Assembly: GCA_040954595.2 (NCBI GenBank) | Contig: CM082585.2 | Span: 4,179,358-4,243,357, forward strand | Reading direction: 5' to 3' | Length of the DNA stretch: 64,000 nucleotides | Source: Balanoglossus misakiensis | Lineage: Eukaryota; Animalia; Hemichordata | Notes under the pieces: generated by a model | Databases searched by the model: none | Seen by the model: the letters and a program-made list of their open reading frames with translations, nothing else | Told to the model about the DNA's origin: nothing | Position numbers and translations under genes: made by a program | In this document: one piece after another, positions 36,689-50,835 of the stretch | How positions within the stretch are numbered: the stretch's first letter is position 1 | How the letters are laid out: each line of letters opens with the position of its first letter

Positions 36689-39300
36689 TTAAACCACGAT
36701 CGTGACGTCACACTATTCAAAAGACAAGGCATTCACTGACAGAACCCCTTCTCGCACAAAAGCACAGGTAGTCGAGGTAGTTCTAGAACTACCTCCGGGG
36801 TTTCTAGAACTACCCTGGATTTCAGTCTCACCTGTCGTACCCAAAATACAAATGCACACTAGTACTTATTTGCATAATTTTATTTTACTTGTAATCCATC
36901 GAGCCCAAAGTACATTTCATTTAGAAAGGTTAATTGTTATGCTAATTGAGGACGAACTGGATCTGCAACAGTCTACTTGCTCGATCACTTCACCCGATGC
37001 TTCAGTTACAATTTTGCCTGATGTACAAGCTACTTTTCTTGGTGGTTCTTGGGGGTTTTCATGACCTGTTAGAGAATAAAACAGACATTAACTCAATCAC
37101 CAGAACAAGAACACATTTCTTTAAAGTGACGCCCAGGAATTTATACTAAATCAATACGCTTCACTTCCATATAGCTGTCCACATAGAAACCGACATGCAA
37201 CAAGGTTGGCGATTTCACTATTTAAATAACAAAACTCGATACCTTGCAAAATCCTGCTAACTTTCTGTTGTTGTTGGTCAGATGTCCGTTTGTACTGTCT
37301 CACGGCTTCACTGCGATGCCCGTTTTTTTCACATATGAGTTGCTCGTCAACATCGGCGTCATACAGTCGTGTAGCTGCTGTGGCTCGTAGCGAGTGGTTG
37401 GTACGAAAGCCAGGAAGGCCAGCATCCTTACACAAACGGGCAACAGTTCCATGCAGAGCATTATGGCCGAGTTTTTTTTATGCCATACCAACATGTAGCA
37501 GTAGGTTTACCCAGAGGATACAGATAGTAACTATCTTCAGGTCGATTTGGTGGACTGTTAAGGAAAAATACGCAAAATGGCATTAACTTCTGCTGCATTA
37601 TTTCGCGTAAGCTTACCGTTTGCACGCCAAACCTCAACATTCGCTATAATCCTTTCCCCACATACACAATTTATTTTAGTGCGAAAGTGTTTTGCGTGCA
37701 TATTGTGTGCATGAACAATACTGAACGCTTGAAAACAGAATAAATAAGTGTGCATGCATGTTAAATCGTCAATGACTTACCACAGACTGTTATAGCGTTC
37801 ATATAACCTCACGACACATCTGTCTGGTGTGTCCGCATTCTCGTACGCTCTCGTCACCTTTTGTTTAATTCGCCGACTCTTCAGTCCTCCTTGGTTTGAC
37901 TTGCTAACGTCTTCTCTATACTCAAGATATTTATTTCCCGACGTATCAATTTTCAATTGGATTTGGGAGTTTTTATGACGCAGGTTTCTGTGCTCTATAC
38001 CACCACGTAGGGCAAAGTGCAAACCAAACAGGTAAATTTGAGAATCAAGTAGTGACTGCGGAGTATGGTCTCCCAAGAGTTTCCTGTCCCATAATACGTT
38101 TTCCTCGGCTATGGAAATGATTTGTGCCTGCCTTTTCTGAATTCCAATCCCTTTCTTGGCACGGATTTTCATGGCACAATCAAGACTTCTTTGTACGTCA
38201 GTGAATAAGGCATCATTCAAAAACTGAACATTTCTAACATATTCCGAGACGTATTTTTGTACACACATAACAATTTCATACAGCGTTTTCCCGGGGAAAT
38301 CGGAACCATCTCGCTTTTTGACTTCCTGAATGAATCTAGTCAATGAGAAATTTATTTCGTCGTTTGTCATTTCAGAGAGTGACGGTCCAATTTTGCTTAA
38401 ATGTTCCAAATTCTCGTCTTCAATACGCCTGTTTCGTTCACTACGCCAAGTTTCAAATAATGAAATGGACCAATTTACTTTTTTCTTCGTGTTGTATGGT
38501 ATATTACTTTCAAAGATTTTTTGTAATTCTCCCTCGCATACTAAGTCCCCAACCCGCAAACTATCACTCTTCGCCTGCTTGCTACAACGAGTCTTTGAGG
38601 AAGATTTTCCTACATTCTGGTCGCTAGGAATTTCCTGGACACTACTTCCTTCGCCCGCATAATTTTGCAAAGTGTCAAATTCCACCAGGAAACCGTCGGG
38701 AGAAAACCCTGGCAACTCACCAGAAGAGTCGCTATCAGACTCTGTTTTCCTGAAAGAATTTTGGGTTATGAATATGTTGTCGCTGTCATCAGACATGACG
38801 TGACCTGCACCAAGCAAGACCCAAACTGAAATGGAACTCCAACCACCTCACCATGTGCGTTGTGTGCTATGTAACGCACCTGTAAAGTTTTCATGCAAAT
38901 AGCAGTTGAAAATTAGCATATCATTGCGACACGTAAACATCAATATTTAGAGTAACACCTGTCAAGCGTGGGCAATCTTGTAAGGCCTAGCAGGGCGGTC
39001 TAGAACTACCTGCCCACGACATGATTCATTTAGGAAGAGGGGTGGCCAACCAAATTTTACAATCAGCAATGAAGAATAAGCCACCTTTGATACAATTTTG
39101 TTCGTTCATTTTATTGAATCGTTGTGTAAAACGACGTCTTAATGATACACAAAGCGCCAATGGTGACAATGTCTGTGGGGGATCGTGGTTTAAGCTAGAG
39201 AACCACCTCCCCTTCGGTGGTTCTCGGTTTCCAATCGCCGCGGGCCTGCGGCCCTCGGCGATTCGAAACCAAGAACCACCTCGGGGTCGGTGGTTCTCTA
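36689..39300 (-). mobile_element. Crypton DNA transposon (tyrosine recombinase type)
   Basis: A 13-bp inverted repeat, ttaaaccacgatc (36689-36701) / gatcgtggtttaa (39181-39193), encloses the recombinase gene. It is followed by a ~105-bp hairpin at 39196-39300. Confidence 0.82.
36917..38796 (-). CDS. Crypton tyrosine recombinase (DUF3504/ZMYM-QRICH1-related), spliced; +1 frameshift in an A-run
   Basis: Exons 38796-37781, 37554-37243 and probably ~37065-36917. Catalytic R (FALRGG), K (SKSNQGG), HxxR (NHSLR), H (GHRS) and Y (VRQY) are all present. One extra base in the T8 run at 37472-37479. Confidence 0.85.
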
Positions 39301-39579
39301 TTACATAACACCTGGTATGTATCCATACTTAAGTTCAATAAAAGGATATAATTAACCAGACTTTATAAATCTGACAAATGATTTCCTGTTTTATGGGAAT
39401 ATTGGAAATTTCAACACTGTAAGCATGAGAACTCCAACTATGCTTTAGTTCACATTTTGCAAATTAATCTCAGCCATGCACATTGGTATTTAAATTTCCA
39501 AGGTGTGAACTTGCCCGCATTGTTGAAGTTCTCATGCTCATAATGTTGAGATTTCCATATTACCTGAAACTAAAAATAG

Positions 39580-42500
39580 GTGATTTCGTGTTTACAGGGA
39601 ACATCGGAAATCACGCAAGGTCACGCAAAGACGAGGGTCTTTCTGAACCTGACGAAAACCTCTAGCTCATGGATGGCCTTTTATACCCGTGATGCCATAA
39701 ATTATGCCAATACTCACACATATATGTTTATATGCCCCTCTAAGACTGGTGACGGGTTGACAGCGTGTTTTAGTGCTCCGACAAAAACTTCAAAATTCTG
39801 CCTACAGAATAAGGTAAACTCAAGCTGGTTTCCCTATACTTGTGTCATTACGCTAATTCCTACCATGGGCATCGGATTAGAGGCTTGGAGAGTTGGAATT
39901 GGGTGTTTTTCGCAGCCAAGAAGTTGGAAAGCGGTATCTCTTGACTGGTACACTCCGTACACGACATGGTCTTCACTCAACGAATTTGGCTACAGGTTGT
40001 TTTCCTGCCTATTTGTATCCGGATTAATCATCTTAGCAACGTAATCGTTACTGTTTGGCACCAACGCATTTTGGTTTTGGCTACAGGTGAGGGGAAGTCT
40101 GTCTTTTCAAGAACATTGCGGTTGTTTTTCCGCTTCAAACAACTTGGGACTCGCTTCAACATACAGTGGGTTACACGTGGACGCCTGTTACGTAACTCGC
40201 ACCTGGACATTCTCAAATTTGACTAACAGTGAAAATGGAGAGTCGCCGATTTGGACGCCGTATACTCCAACGATTTTGTTTCAAGCTGGCGACGTAGAAC
40301 TTAATCCAGGTCCACCAAAAACACGGCAAATGAAACTGTCTGGAGGAGGCGATTTGTTAGACGTGGAAGATATCGAAACTGAAGAGGAAACGAGTGAGTC
40401 GTTACTATCAATACTAAAAGTGATTCGTACCGATATGAAAGGACTACGAAAGGAAATGCAATTAGTAAATAAAACTGTCAGAGATATACAGTCAAAACAA
40501 GATGAATTGGTTCAGCAAAATAAGGTGTTAAGCGACAGGATTGGTGAGCATGAGCACGAAGTCGTCGGGCTACGCGCTCAAAGTTGTTGAAATAACGTCA
40601 TTTTCAGAGGAGTAAAAGAACTAGAAGGTGAGACATGGGAAGACTGTGAAAAGGTTGTTCGTGACATTCTGAAATCGAAATTTGACGTAGCAGAAGCAGA
40701 TGACGAGAAGCAAGTTCACATCGAACGAGCGCACAGACTAAATATAAAAACGAAGAAAGGAGTTCCACGACCAATTATTGTCAAGTTTCTATCATTCAAG
40801 ACGAAGTCCGAAATACTGCAAAAGGCGCGTGGCATCTTGAAGAGAATCAGACATGAGCGTGAGTGAAGATCTTCCGCCACAAGTTCGTCGTTCTCGCAAA
40901 AAACTCATTCCGTTTCTTGCCAAGGCGAGAGAAGAGGGAAAACGCGCCCATTTGTATTTTGATAAGCTTGTGATTGACGGTAAGAAGTATCAACTTGACG
41001 AAAAGGGTGATTTGATTGCAACTGGTCGTTAGAGGTGTGGCCAAGCCCCGATTACTAATTATTTTCAGGGAGAAACCCTACTTGAGAAATCTCCTACAGT
41101 CTTGGGTAAAAATATCCACTCTTTTGTATCGTGGAATGCCAGAGGACTGAAAAACCATATCTATGATATAGAGTTAAAACGTTATTTTTCCAAGTTTTCT
41201 GTAGTGTGTATTTCAGAGACATGGGCAAATACAAATCATTAGTTTTCAGGGTGGTTACCAACGCATAAGTGTCATTCGGTCATTAGAAAACGAACCCAGA
41301 AATTTGGTCGTTACTCGGGTGGAGTTTGTGTGTTTATTTTGAAAGAAATTGATAAGTATGTACGAAGAATACTTCAGACTACTGAAGATACTGTTTGCTT
41401 GTTTATTGATAAGAATGCCTTTCATACGCCACGTGATATTATTGTTTGCGGTGTCTACGTTTCACCAGAGGGTGCATCAATTTACCAAGAGGGTGAATCA
41501 AATGGCATTTTACGACTGGAAAACTGTATTATTGACATTAATGTACAATTTGAAAACTGTGACTTTGTGTTATTGGGGGATTTCAATGCGAGAGTCGGAG
41601 ATTTACTTGATTTTGTCATTGAAGATGAAGGAGACACGAATCAATACGGTTATGAACTTGATTATTTTGAAACACACAGAAACTCCCGAGATGAAGTTGT
41701 AAATTCTTTTGGGCGTTCATTAATAGAGATGTGTTATAAACAGCATTTACATTTGGTAAACGGTCGTTTTGCTGGTGACAGAGATGGAAACTTCACATGT
41801 TGTACTAATAACGGGGTCAGTGTAGTTGATTATGTAATTCTCAGTACACCTTTGTTTCAATATGTAAATGACTTTGTAGTTGACACGTTAGACGTCTCTG
41901 ATTTTCCTATTCATTGTTATTTTAATTTTCCTAGTGCTATGATAGCGGAACCAGATACTAGAACTCAAGAAAATATTATGTATTTGCGCTCTTGGAATAA
42001 ATTTCGTTGGAAACCTGGTCCTATTGAAGGTTTTAAATATAAACTACAGGATGAGTTGTTTAATCAAATGCACCAGGTTTTTTACCGCAATATTGAACAG
42101 TTGAATGTAGATGAGGCCACGGGTGTTCTGACCGAGATTTATTCTAGAGCTGGTTCTGACATGGTAGTAAATAGCCGAGACACGTGTCACTCAAATCGAA
42201 ATACTGCTAACAAAGCGTGGTGGGATAAATACCGTAAGTCAAATAGAGATGATGATCTCAGAAATTATGTAGAAGCCCGTAACTATTTCAAGGAGTTGTG
42301 TAAAATCAAAATCAAGAATTATAAAGTGAAACAGTGTAATACTCTTTTGGAAAACACCAATGACCAGTGTAAGTTTTGGAAGACAATCAAAGAAATAAGA
42401 GGGAATAGAAGTGTGTCTTCCCCAAATAACAAAATTGATTCAAAGAAATGGTTTGACTATTTTAAAAATTTATTGAATGTTTCCAACGAATCTATATGTA

Positions 42501-44620
42501 GTTCATTTCATAAAAAGATTTCTAAGGATGTCAAACTTCATGATGATAACTGTGAGCTTTGTCGACTTAACTTACCTGTGGATGTAAATAGAATAATAAC
42601 GGTACAAGAGGTCATGGAATGTATTCGTCATTTAGTCACCTGGCCCAGATGGGCTTGTGAACGAAATGTTTAAAAACAGTAGTGATGTACTTTTACAAAG
42701 TCTTTGTGATCTATTTAATGTTATTTTAACCACAGGAGTATTTCCTAGTTGTTGGGGACAAGGCATAATTTACCCACTTCACAAAAAGGGTGATATTGCT
42801 GACGTCAACAATTTTCGGGGGATTTCCCTTCTCTCATCTATGAGTAAAATCTTTACTAAAATTATTAATGAACGCTTGGTAAAGTGGACAAAGGAAAACA
42901 ATATAATTATTGAAGCCCAGGCCGGCTTCCGCAAAGGTTGTGGTACTATGGATAACATTTTTTCTTTACAGTGTCTTGTACAAAAATATTTGTCACAGAA
43001 AAAGGGTTGATCGAGTTACTCACAAATATTTATGGCATAGGTTGATGTCCTAAGGATTGCATGGGAGAGTTTTGAAAGTGTTAAGATCCATGTATGAAAA
43101 CATTCATTCTTGCGTTTTATGCAATGGTGGCTTAACTGATAACTTTGAATGTAAAGTTGGTACACGTCAAGGGTGTATGCTTAGTCCGATTCAGTTTAGT
43201 ATTTTTTATAAATGAACTTGCATCCTATATGAATAGACATGATAATGGAGGCATTTTTGTTAATACTGATTATAACAATATTGGTATTCTGATGTATGCT
43301 GATGATGTGGCAGATGTAGCAGACTTGCCCATAAAACTGCAACGAAAACTTAATCAGCTTGAAGCATTTTGTAATGACTGGAGTATGTCAGTAAATTTAG
43401 ACAAATCAAAAATAATTGTCTTCCGAAATGGGGGAATTTTAAAACGGTTCGAAAAGTGGGTCTATAATCACGAACCTGTAGACGTTGTTAAACATTACAA
43501 TTATCTTGGTATTATTTTCTCTTCAATGTTATCCTGGTCACCGGCCAAGGATAACTTGGTGACAAAAGCAAACAAAGCTCTGTACCAAATACAAATTGTT
43601 ATAAAGAAACTGGGTGGTATTCCTCTAAATCAGGCTTTCAAGCTATTTGATACAACTGTAGCTCCAATACTTTGTTATGGAGCAGAAATTTGGGGATACG
43701 AGTATTCACTTGTAATTGAAAGGGTACAATTTAAGTTCTGTAGATTTCTTGTGGGTGTTAACTCCAGTGTAAACCATGAAGTTCTGCTCGGGGAATGAAT
43801 GTGGAAGGTTGCCACTCTACTGCACATACATGAAGCGTTGTATTTCATACTGGCTTAAACTATTAGAGATGGATAATTCTCGATACCCAAAAGCCTGTTA
43901 CGAAATGTTAAGAAAATTAGACTCCGCTGGGAGAATTACATGGGCGACAAAGGTACGAAAATTATTGTTCAAGTATGGATTTGGTGTTGTTTGGTTTGAG
44001 CAACAGGTGGGGGAGCCAAATATGTTTTTGAAAATGTTCCATGAACGATTACGTGATTGTTGCAGACAGGAATGGTCAGCTTCAATTAATGATTCCCACA
44101 GATTGCGTCAGTATGCTCAATATAAATCCATGCTTGAACCTGAATTATACTTGTCATGTATTAAAATTACAAAATTTAAATTTGACCTGGCACGTCTTCG
44201 CTGCTCAAGTCATAAGTTAGCCATTGAAATAGGACGGCACTGTACGCCATCTATTCCCTTGTATCAGAGAATATGTCCTTACTGTGAAAAGCAAGGTATA
44301 GCAATTGTTGAGGATGAGTGTCATTTTTTGCTATTTTGTCCATTGTATGAGGAGGAGAGGTCAAAGCTTATTCCTCTAAAATTCCGTATTAACCCTACAC
44401 GGGAAAAATGTTTTGTTTTGTTAACTTCTAAAACTCAGCAACTTCAATATACACTTGCAGTTTTCGTTCATAAGTCTTTTAAGAAGCGGGATTATTTTGT
44501 ACAGCAGCAAACACAGCAGAACTGATACGCTGGCTTATAGTTTAATTCCATGTAGTATTTCTCTCTGTAAACAGAGTGTCTTTATGTGATGGGCTGAGGC
44601 CCTGACATTTGAAATAAACA
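39580..44620 (+). mobile_element. Near full-length degenerate APE-RT LINE (ORF1 with 2A-like peptide, coiled coil and RRM; ORF2 APE-RT with C-terminal Cys/His motif)
   Basis: ORF1: GDVELNPGP..NNVIFRGV..IERAHR..PRPIIVKF. APE: SWNARGL, ISETW, LGDFNAR, SVVDY. RT: NFRGISLL, QAGFR, YADD. C-terminus: ICPYC..EDECHFLLFC. Several stops and frameshifts. AATAAA at ~44613. 5' boundary is approximate. Confidence 0.9.
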
Positions 44621-45002
44621 TATGATGATATATGCCCCTCTGAGATAAAAATATTGCCAGAAGTATTGTCTGGGTGATACGTACGGCCCAAGTCGTTTCT
44701 GCAGCCCAACTTTTTCTCTCTCGCAAATTCAAGGCTTCTTTGGCCCAAATCAATTCTAGCAACATGTAGGCCTGCATACACAGGTGCACATTGAATATTT
44801 GTATGTCAGTCATTACTCCGGCTTTCGGTACGTGATAAACGCAGGCTTACTACACGATAAATCAATAAATTCTTCTGTTGTACTGAACATGGGGTCAAAT
44901 GGACTTAATAGGTTTGCAAGCAGGCGTCTTCGCGGCATGGTCTTATCATACTAGTTGGTTAATCATTGGACATTTAGTGTAGCAGGATATCCTGTTCATT
45001 AA

Positions 45003-45797
45003 GATGGGACCCCGGGATCTTTTTGCCCGTTGCTATGGGCCTTTATAGGACACTACACTCAATTTTGATCGAAACCGTTATGAACGTCCGACAAGGGGCT
45101 TGTAACTAGTTAAAAATACACACGATTGTGTGCACACCCCCTGTCCGAGTATGTTTACGGCAGCTACCGCCCGGCCATAGGCCGCCACGCTAATACGGCA
45201 AAGCAGCGGTCAGCGATAGCGTGCGCGTCCTGTAACCACAGTAACTGGATCGAACGCTAAAAATCCAATGTTTTGTACACAGAGATTTTGTACCGTACAC
45301 GAAAATCCCTAAGGCTTTTTTCATAGGTGACGTACGCCAGTCAAATTTGACCTGCTTGTTAAGAACGCACTTCCGCACAGTGTGACGGATCGTTTTTTCG
45401 GTTTTCGTCGTGCTAAGAAGCGATATCAGTGGAAGAGTGCGTCCAAAAACACCCAAAATCGATGACTTTTTCAGGTGTGGTACGGGTATGCTGAAATCGT
45501 AGGATACAACGATAATATTCGAAAACAAAATCCGTCACGATCTTCCCTGGTTCAAGCAACTAATGAATACGTATCAAGTTCGTTTTTGAGGTCACGGAAT
45601 AAAAAGCCTTAGGCTTTTGAAATTTGACCTAGCTAATTTGCATATCAATGGCGTCAGGGGGCGCGCGCTCACAATCGTGCAGATTTTCAACTAGTTACCA
45701 GCCCCTTGTTAGACTCTGACAACGGCTTAGTCCAAATCGGGGTGTAATGTCCTGCAAAGGCCCATAGCAACGGGCAAAAAGATCCCGGGGACCCATC
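45003..45797. mobile_element. Non-autonomous DNA transposon with TTAA TSD and ~110-bp imperfect TIRs (Kolobok/piggyBac-type)
   Basis: TTAA|gatgggaccccgggatctttttgcccgttgctatgggcc ... ggcccatagcaacgggcaaaaagatcccggggacccatc|TTAA. It sits inside an older short element bounded by agttggttaatcattg/caatgattaaccaact (44953-45870). Confidence 0.82.
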
Positions 45798-47385
45798 TTA
45801 ACTAACACGGGGTTGGCGAATCATTGGACATGTAGTGTAGCAGGTATATCCGTTCAATGATTAACCAACTCCGCAACCAACAATAGAGAAGCCATCTTTT
45901 GCTAACTATAGAAACATTTTAATTGTACACCCTATAGACAACAAAACAACTTTAATATGAGTTCATAGTGCACAGTGTTCTAATAAAATGATCTGGCTTT
46001 AAACTTACCTTTACAGTTGGTTGATGAAGCTCTTTCACTGCTGTTTGTCTCGTTGTCTCGTTTCAACAGAAAAGCAAGATGGCAAGTTATTAACGTAATG
46101 GTTTCAACATGGCATTGTCAAAAAAGAGAATTGTACTATATGAACACCATGAAAAGATTGTTTAGGGCCGGGACTCGGACGTATCAGTGATAGTGTATAC
46201 CTATCTGACGACGATGCCTCACTGGTGTTGGAATTGTAGCGGTCAATGGCAGAGTAAGTGTGGAACCCCGTCACGACTTGTTGCACATAGATCTACGGTA
46301 CACAGGAATGATTTATAGAGTACACTTTTATAGGCATTTTGCCATTCAAACATCTCGCAAAAGTCCCAGATAGCGCCATCACGGTTGATAATGATAAGCT
46401 TAGTTTCATTTGCCTCACAAATTTGTGAATGTATTTCTGAAAATAAAGTATAAGCAAATTCATTACAGAATCAATTTTTAACATACTACAACTTGCTATA
46501 CTTCTATATCCCTTTATTGACCGCTTTTCCTGTTGTTGTATTCCTACCGGATATAATCTGAAAGATCACAGGCACATTTTCTTCCAGCCAGATCATGATC
46601 AAATCCTCGCAGAAATTACAACTAACTTTCACATGCAATCACCCTGCACAGACACTAAATCAAATGTTCATTACGGGTACAAACAATTAGTGCTTATCAC
46701 GGTTGTTGTTGTTGAAGCTTGATTTATCTTCCATTTGAAAACAACAACAACAACAACAATGTTTATACATCAGACATGGCTGACTGAGTATTCATAACAC
46801 AACACAAATTGTAATTGTACAATTATCTGTGTTTTCCGCAGGGGGAGTATGGTGCTATAGCGGGTATACATCGCAAAAATATCTTGACACTGCAGGGCGT
46901 GAGTTTATACAGGCGTGACGCCAGTCTGCGTTCAAAACTGGAAGTGCCGAAGAAAGCACCAAAGAAGAGCCAAAACAAACAAAATTGGTCATTGCATAAG
47001 TACTTTATTTGCTGATCTATAGGGTATGTGAATATTGACATGACAGGTGTGTGTCTATATCAAGCTGTATGTAGTCATTTTGACCCAGAATAAAATTAAC
47101 ATAACTTATGGTTATAACTTATAATGGTTTGTACAGAAACGTATTAGGAGTAGAATCATGTGATGTATTCCATGCAATATACAGAAGGAGAGAACATGCA
47201 GAGGCATTTTTGTACAGATTTGTGTGTTAGGGAGGCTTAATTCACATTTAGTATGTAAATTACTTCCATCCCGGGGATTCAATATTTCCGGTTTAAGGAA
47301 CAGTTGTCTTCGTAAGACTAGTGCCGAGAATGACATCCGTGCATTTACTAACTGCGCCCTAGACTGAGATTCTGTCAACACTTGA

Positions 47386-50300
47386 CTACAATAGAAAGAG
47401 GCCATCCAACAACTCCTGTGGGATTCCTGGTAAGTCTCTCAAACCAATCGTCTTCTTCTGGCGCATGTATCTTGTGTACTCAACATACATTGACCAATTC
47501 GATGTTCTTGAACTGAAGAACAGTTAGGCTTCTGCAAATGGTATGCATTTAACTTAGGTCAGTGCTATAGATGTTTCACAAATTCAAATTTCATCTGGAC
47601 ATGAGTTACATTGTCGTAGATTTCTTTGAGGTGTCATATCAAATTCAATATCATTGAAGCAAACGAAATTCCAACAAAATTCTTATGCCAATTCAAGAGT
47701 ATAGTACATGTAGTTTTAACTTGACAGAACGGGGTAACTAATTTAAAGATATGACAATGTACTGTTCTCGTCATGCATTTTGAAAGTATATACGGTCGTA
47801 GAATACAAGATCTAGCCATTGCAAGGAAATCGAAATAAGAGCGTTTTTATTATTATCGTGGAATATTATAGTGATTATTACAAGTTAGTTTTTTTCACCT
47901 AACATACCACTATCGAAATACTGTTAGTGCTTCCAAACAACAATTACGACTGGAAACTGTGGTCAGTCTTACAGTTGGCTAGATTTGTTGATTTTGTATA
48001 TCGAATAAGCAACTACTTACTTTCAGCCATTTCCTGTTCAACCAAAGATATCACATAGTTGTCATTTTCATACTCCTTGAGCGATGGCACCATCTTAATC
48101 AAGTCCTGAATATAGTACACGCGTAGATTGGCGGCATTCAGATAGGATCCTATGGTCTTGTAATGACAGAAGAAATAAACATTATATGGTTTAGGGGACA
48201 GTTTGGTTTGTAAACTGATGTTAAATTGATCATCAGTCTCAATTATACCCAAAATGAATGCATTAATTGACCCTAACATGTTTAGTGAAACCCGTTTCGT
48301 GGTGAAGTATTCTGAAAAGTGAAATCTCATAACAGCTGACATACAGTTATAGCATATTTATTATATTGCAGTTTATATGTATCCTGTTCACAAAAGTTGT
48401 GGTGTTAGATTCCGTACTTTAATAGCTGATTCAGCCTAATTTCACAATTCTGACAACAACAACAACACCAACAACAACGAAAATGACACCATCATCATCA
48501 TCAACAACAACAACAACAGCAGCAGCAGCAACAACAACAGCAAAAATCCTTTAGTGGTGAGATAGATGGCCAGACAGAAATGGGTTCTGGTCAATGACGA
48601 TCATAGAGTCGTGCACTTACCTGAGTGTATTCAGGCATGGATACATACAAACATGCCAATTTCTCTCTCTTCATGATGATCTCTATTTCTCTCACAACAG
48701 TCGGCGCCGCTTCATGAAGCAGGTGAAGGTCACTTGGAGCTCCATTTCTTTCTTTATTACATTTCATGTATATACATCTATAATTTGAATAAGAAATGGT
48801 TATGAAGATCCTAAAGTCAGTTTATATCCTTGTATACAAGGCCTATATAGGGGGTGTGAAGAACCTTGATAGAGGAGGCCAAGAGGGCTAGTGCTATTTC
48901 GGGAGACTCGGATGTTAAATTTTTCTGGAAACTGTCAGGGGAGGGTCAATGTTTTACGTGCAAGGACATTGAGATAATTCGTTTTAACACATGCAAAATT
49001 AAACTTTTGTTATTTTACAAATATTAAACATCACCAATATCGGGCATACAGAATTACAAGTTCCTTATTTTCAGTAACCACCACGTGTAAATCGTCTTAT
49101 ATCTGGTGTTCTGTTTTTTTCACTTTATACGTAGATTCATCTTAGCTATGAAAGAAGAATGTCATGCACACACATGGGATCAAAGCTTTTGCCCTTGGAT
49201 TTATCTAAGTGATTTTTAATGATTGAGAAATTAATGGCTGTTTATCTAATTCATGTTTTATTATAATGATTTTTTACTCAAACTAAATGCTCTGCGCTCT
49301 TATTTCTCCAGTGCATCGCTGCATAGTTGCCATTGCAAAGCTTCCCCGCTCCTTCCGCCGCTAAGCGAAGAATGTAGGGCGCACGCACCAGATATTTTTC
49401 AACGAGGGCTTCGATCTGCCTTATACACGTGTAGTTTACATCAATACTCCAGAACCCCACACACTTTTGTTTGTGTGGAATGGATATCTCGTGGAAAGAT
49501 GCGTAATCTCGGTAAACATCTGGGAATTTTATATCTTTGAAATACTCGGTCATGAAGCTTTGAGCTTCGCCGTTAGACTCCACCTGTGCCTTACACATGC
49601 GTATCTTGTATTTAGTGCACCACTCGGTTATGTACTGGCTCCTTGGTAGGGCAGCGATGAGGTTTCCCGCCTCAATGGAACCGTTGCACATGTCGTAGAA
49701 GTCTTCAGCTGGGATGGTGGGTAGCAGCTCGTTTAGTGGTTTGATGTCAAATGTCTGATTAAAGCTCCTGGCCTTGTGACTGTCTATTTTCTGGAAAGGG
49801 TGGGGTAAGAAACTATGAGTGACAATGCCGAGTCCGTTTGCCACTGCAAATTGCAAGGTCCATCGGTACATATTGTAAAAAACTACTCGGTCCGCCGCCT
49901 TGTTTGTACACGGGTATAACAAACTGTCTTCCGAGCGGTTCTTCTTCGTCGTCTGTCGTTAATCGTGGGAGCTTCTTCACCTTCTCACAAGTCTGGCTGT
50001 CCATTGGCACATCCGAAGTAGTATAGTCTATCTCAGAATCCGACCCTTCGCTGTCCAAACGTTGAGGTTCCAAAACCAATTTGTTAGACTGACTGGTCTT
50101 TCCAGGAGTGGAATATTCAGTTGTCAAGGAAACCTCTTCTGTGTCAGGGCTTTGCACGTCAAAGGTAGACTTAAAACTTTTCAGCAAAAATAGCAAGAAA
50201 TAATAAGTCTAAGATAGGGTCTAAAACAGACAATAAACTATATGTTTTTAAAATTTGTTTATATGCGAACTGTGCCTCTTATTTACTTTACCAAATTGTC

Positions 50301-50835
50301 AGCTTTTGGGGTACCACAGATTTGCACCCGAGCGGCAGGCCAAGCATATGTCATTGTTTTCAGAAATTTCTCGAATATATTATACCATAACTTCTAGCCT
50401 CTCACCTGTGTAATTATTGTCCAGTCTTGCAATACGGATGCATAATTCTTGTATAACCGTCAAATGTATACGAGGTTACAAATAATTGCGACAGTGCAGA
50501 TTGCAAGGATCAAAGCATTCCTATAAATTAGACAGTTAATACTAGTCATTAGTCAAGACATTCCCAGTGCTCCAACCTACAAAGATGCAGACTGAAACTG
50601 TAGGAATACAATCATGTCTAATGTATATGTTCACATATACATGGTGTATGGTTAACAAGCCGTACACAAAGCTGTAAACTAGATCTTAAACCAGAACAAA
50701 AACTTTTCCCGCCAAATAGATGTGCATTCTTCATAAGTATTCAATTTCAAAGTCGCACATATTAAAATAATTGACATCATATCAGTAAATGGCGAGACAA
50801 TTGATAACAGCGTAAAAAAATTACCTTGCCGCCAT
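47386..50835 (-). pseudogene. GDP-fucose O-fucosyltransferase-family (GT-B, O-FucT-like) type II membrane protein gene, disabled
   Basis: Exons: 50835-50825 (MAAR); ~50521-50406 (TM segment with in-frame TGA); ~50180-49285 (YKQGGGP..YAAMHWRNKSAE, frameshift in the A6 run at ~49877-49882); 48777-48621; ~48165-48019 (ISLVEQEMAE); ~47530-47386 (FFSSRTSNWS). Confidence 0.7.

Noticed and set aside
46009-46100. Candidate upstream exon for the OTU-DED-NLR (AAG|gtaagt donor on the minus strand)
   Set aside because: No recognisable homology or start codon; it cannot be assigned without transcripts.
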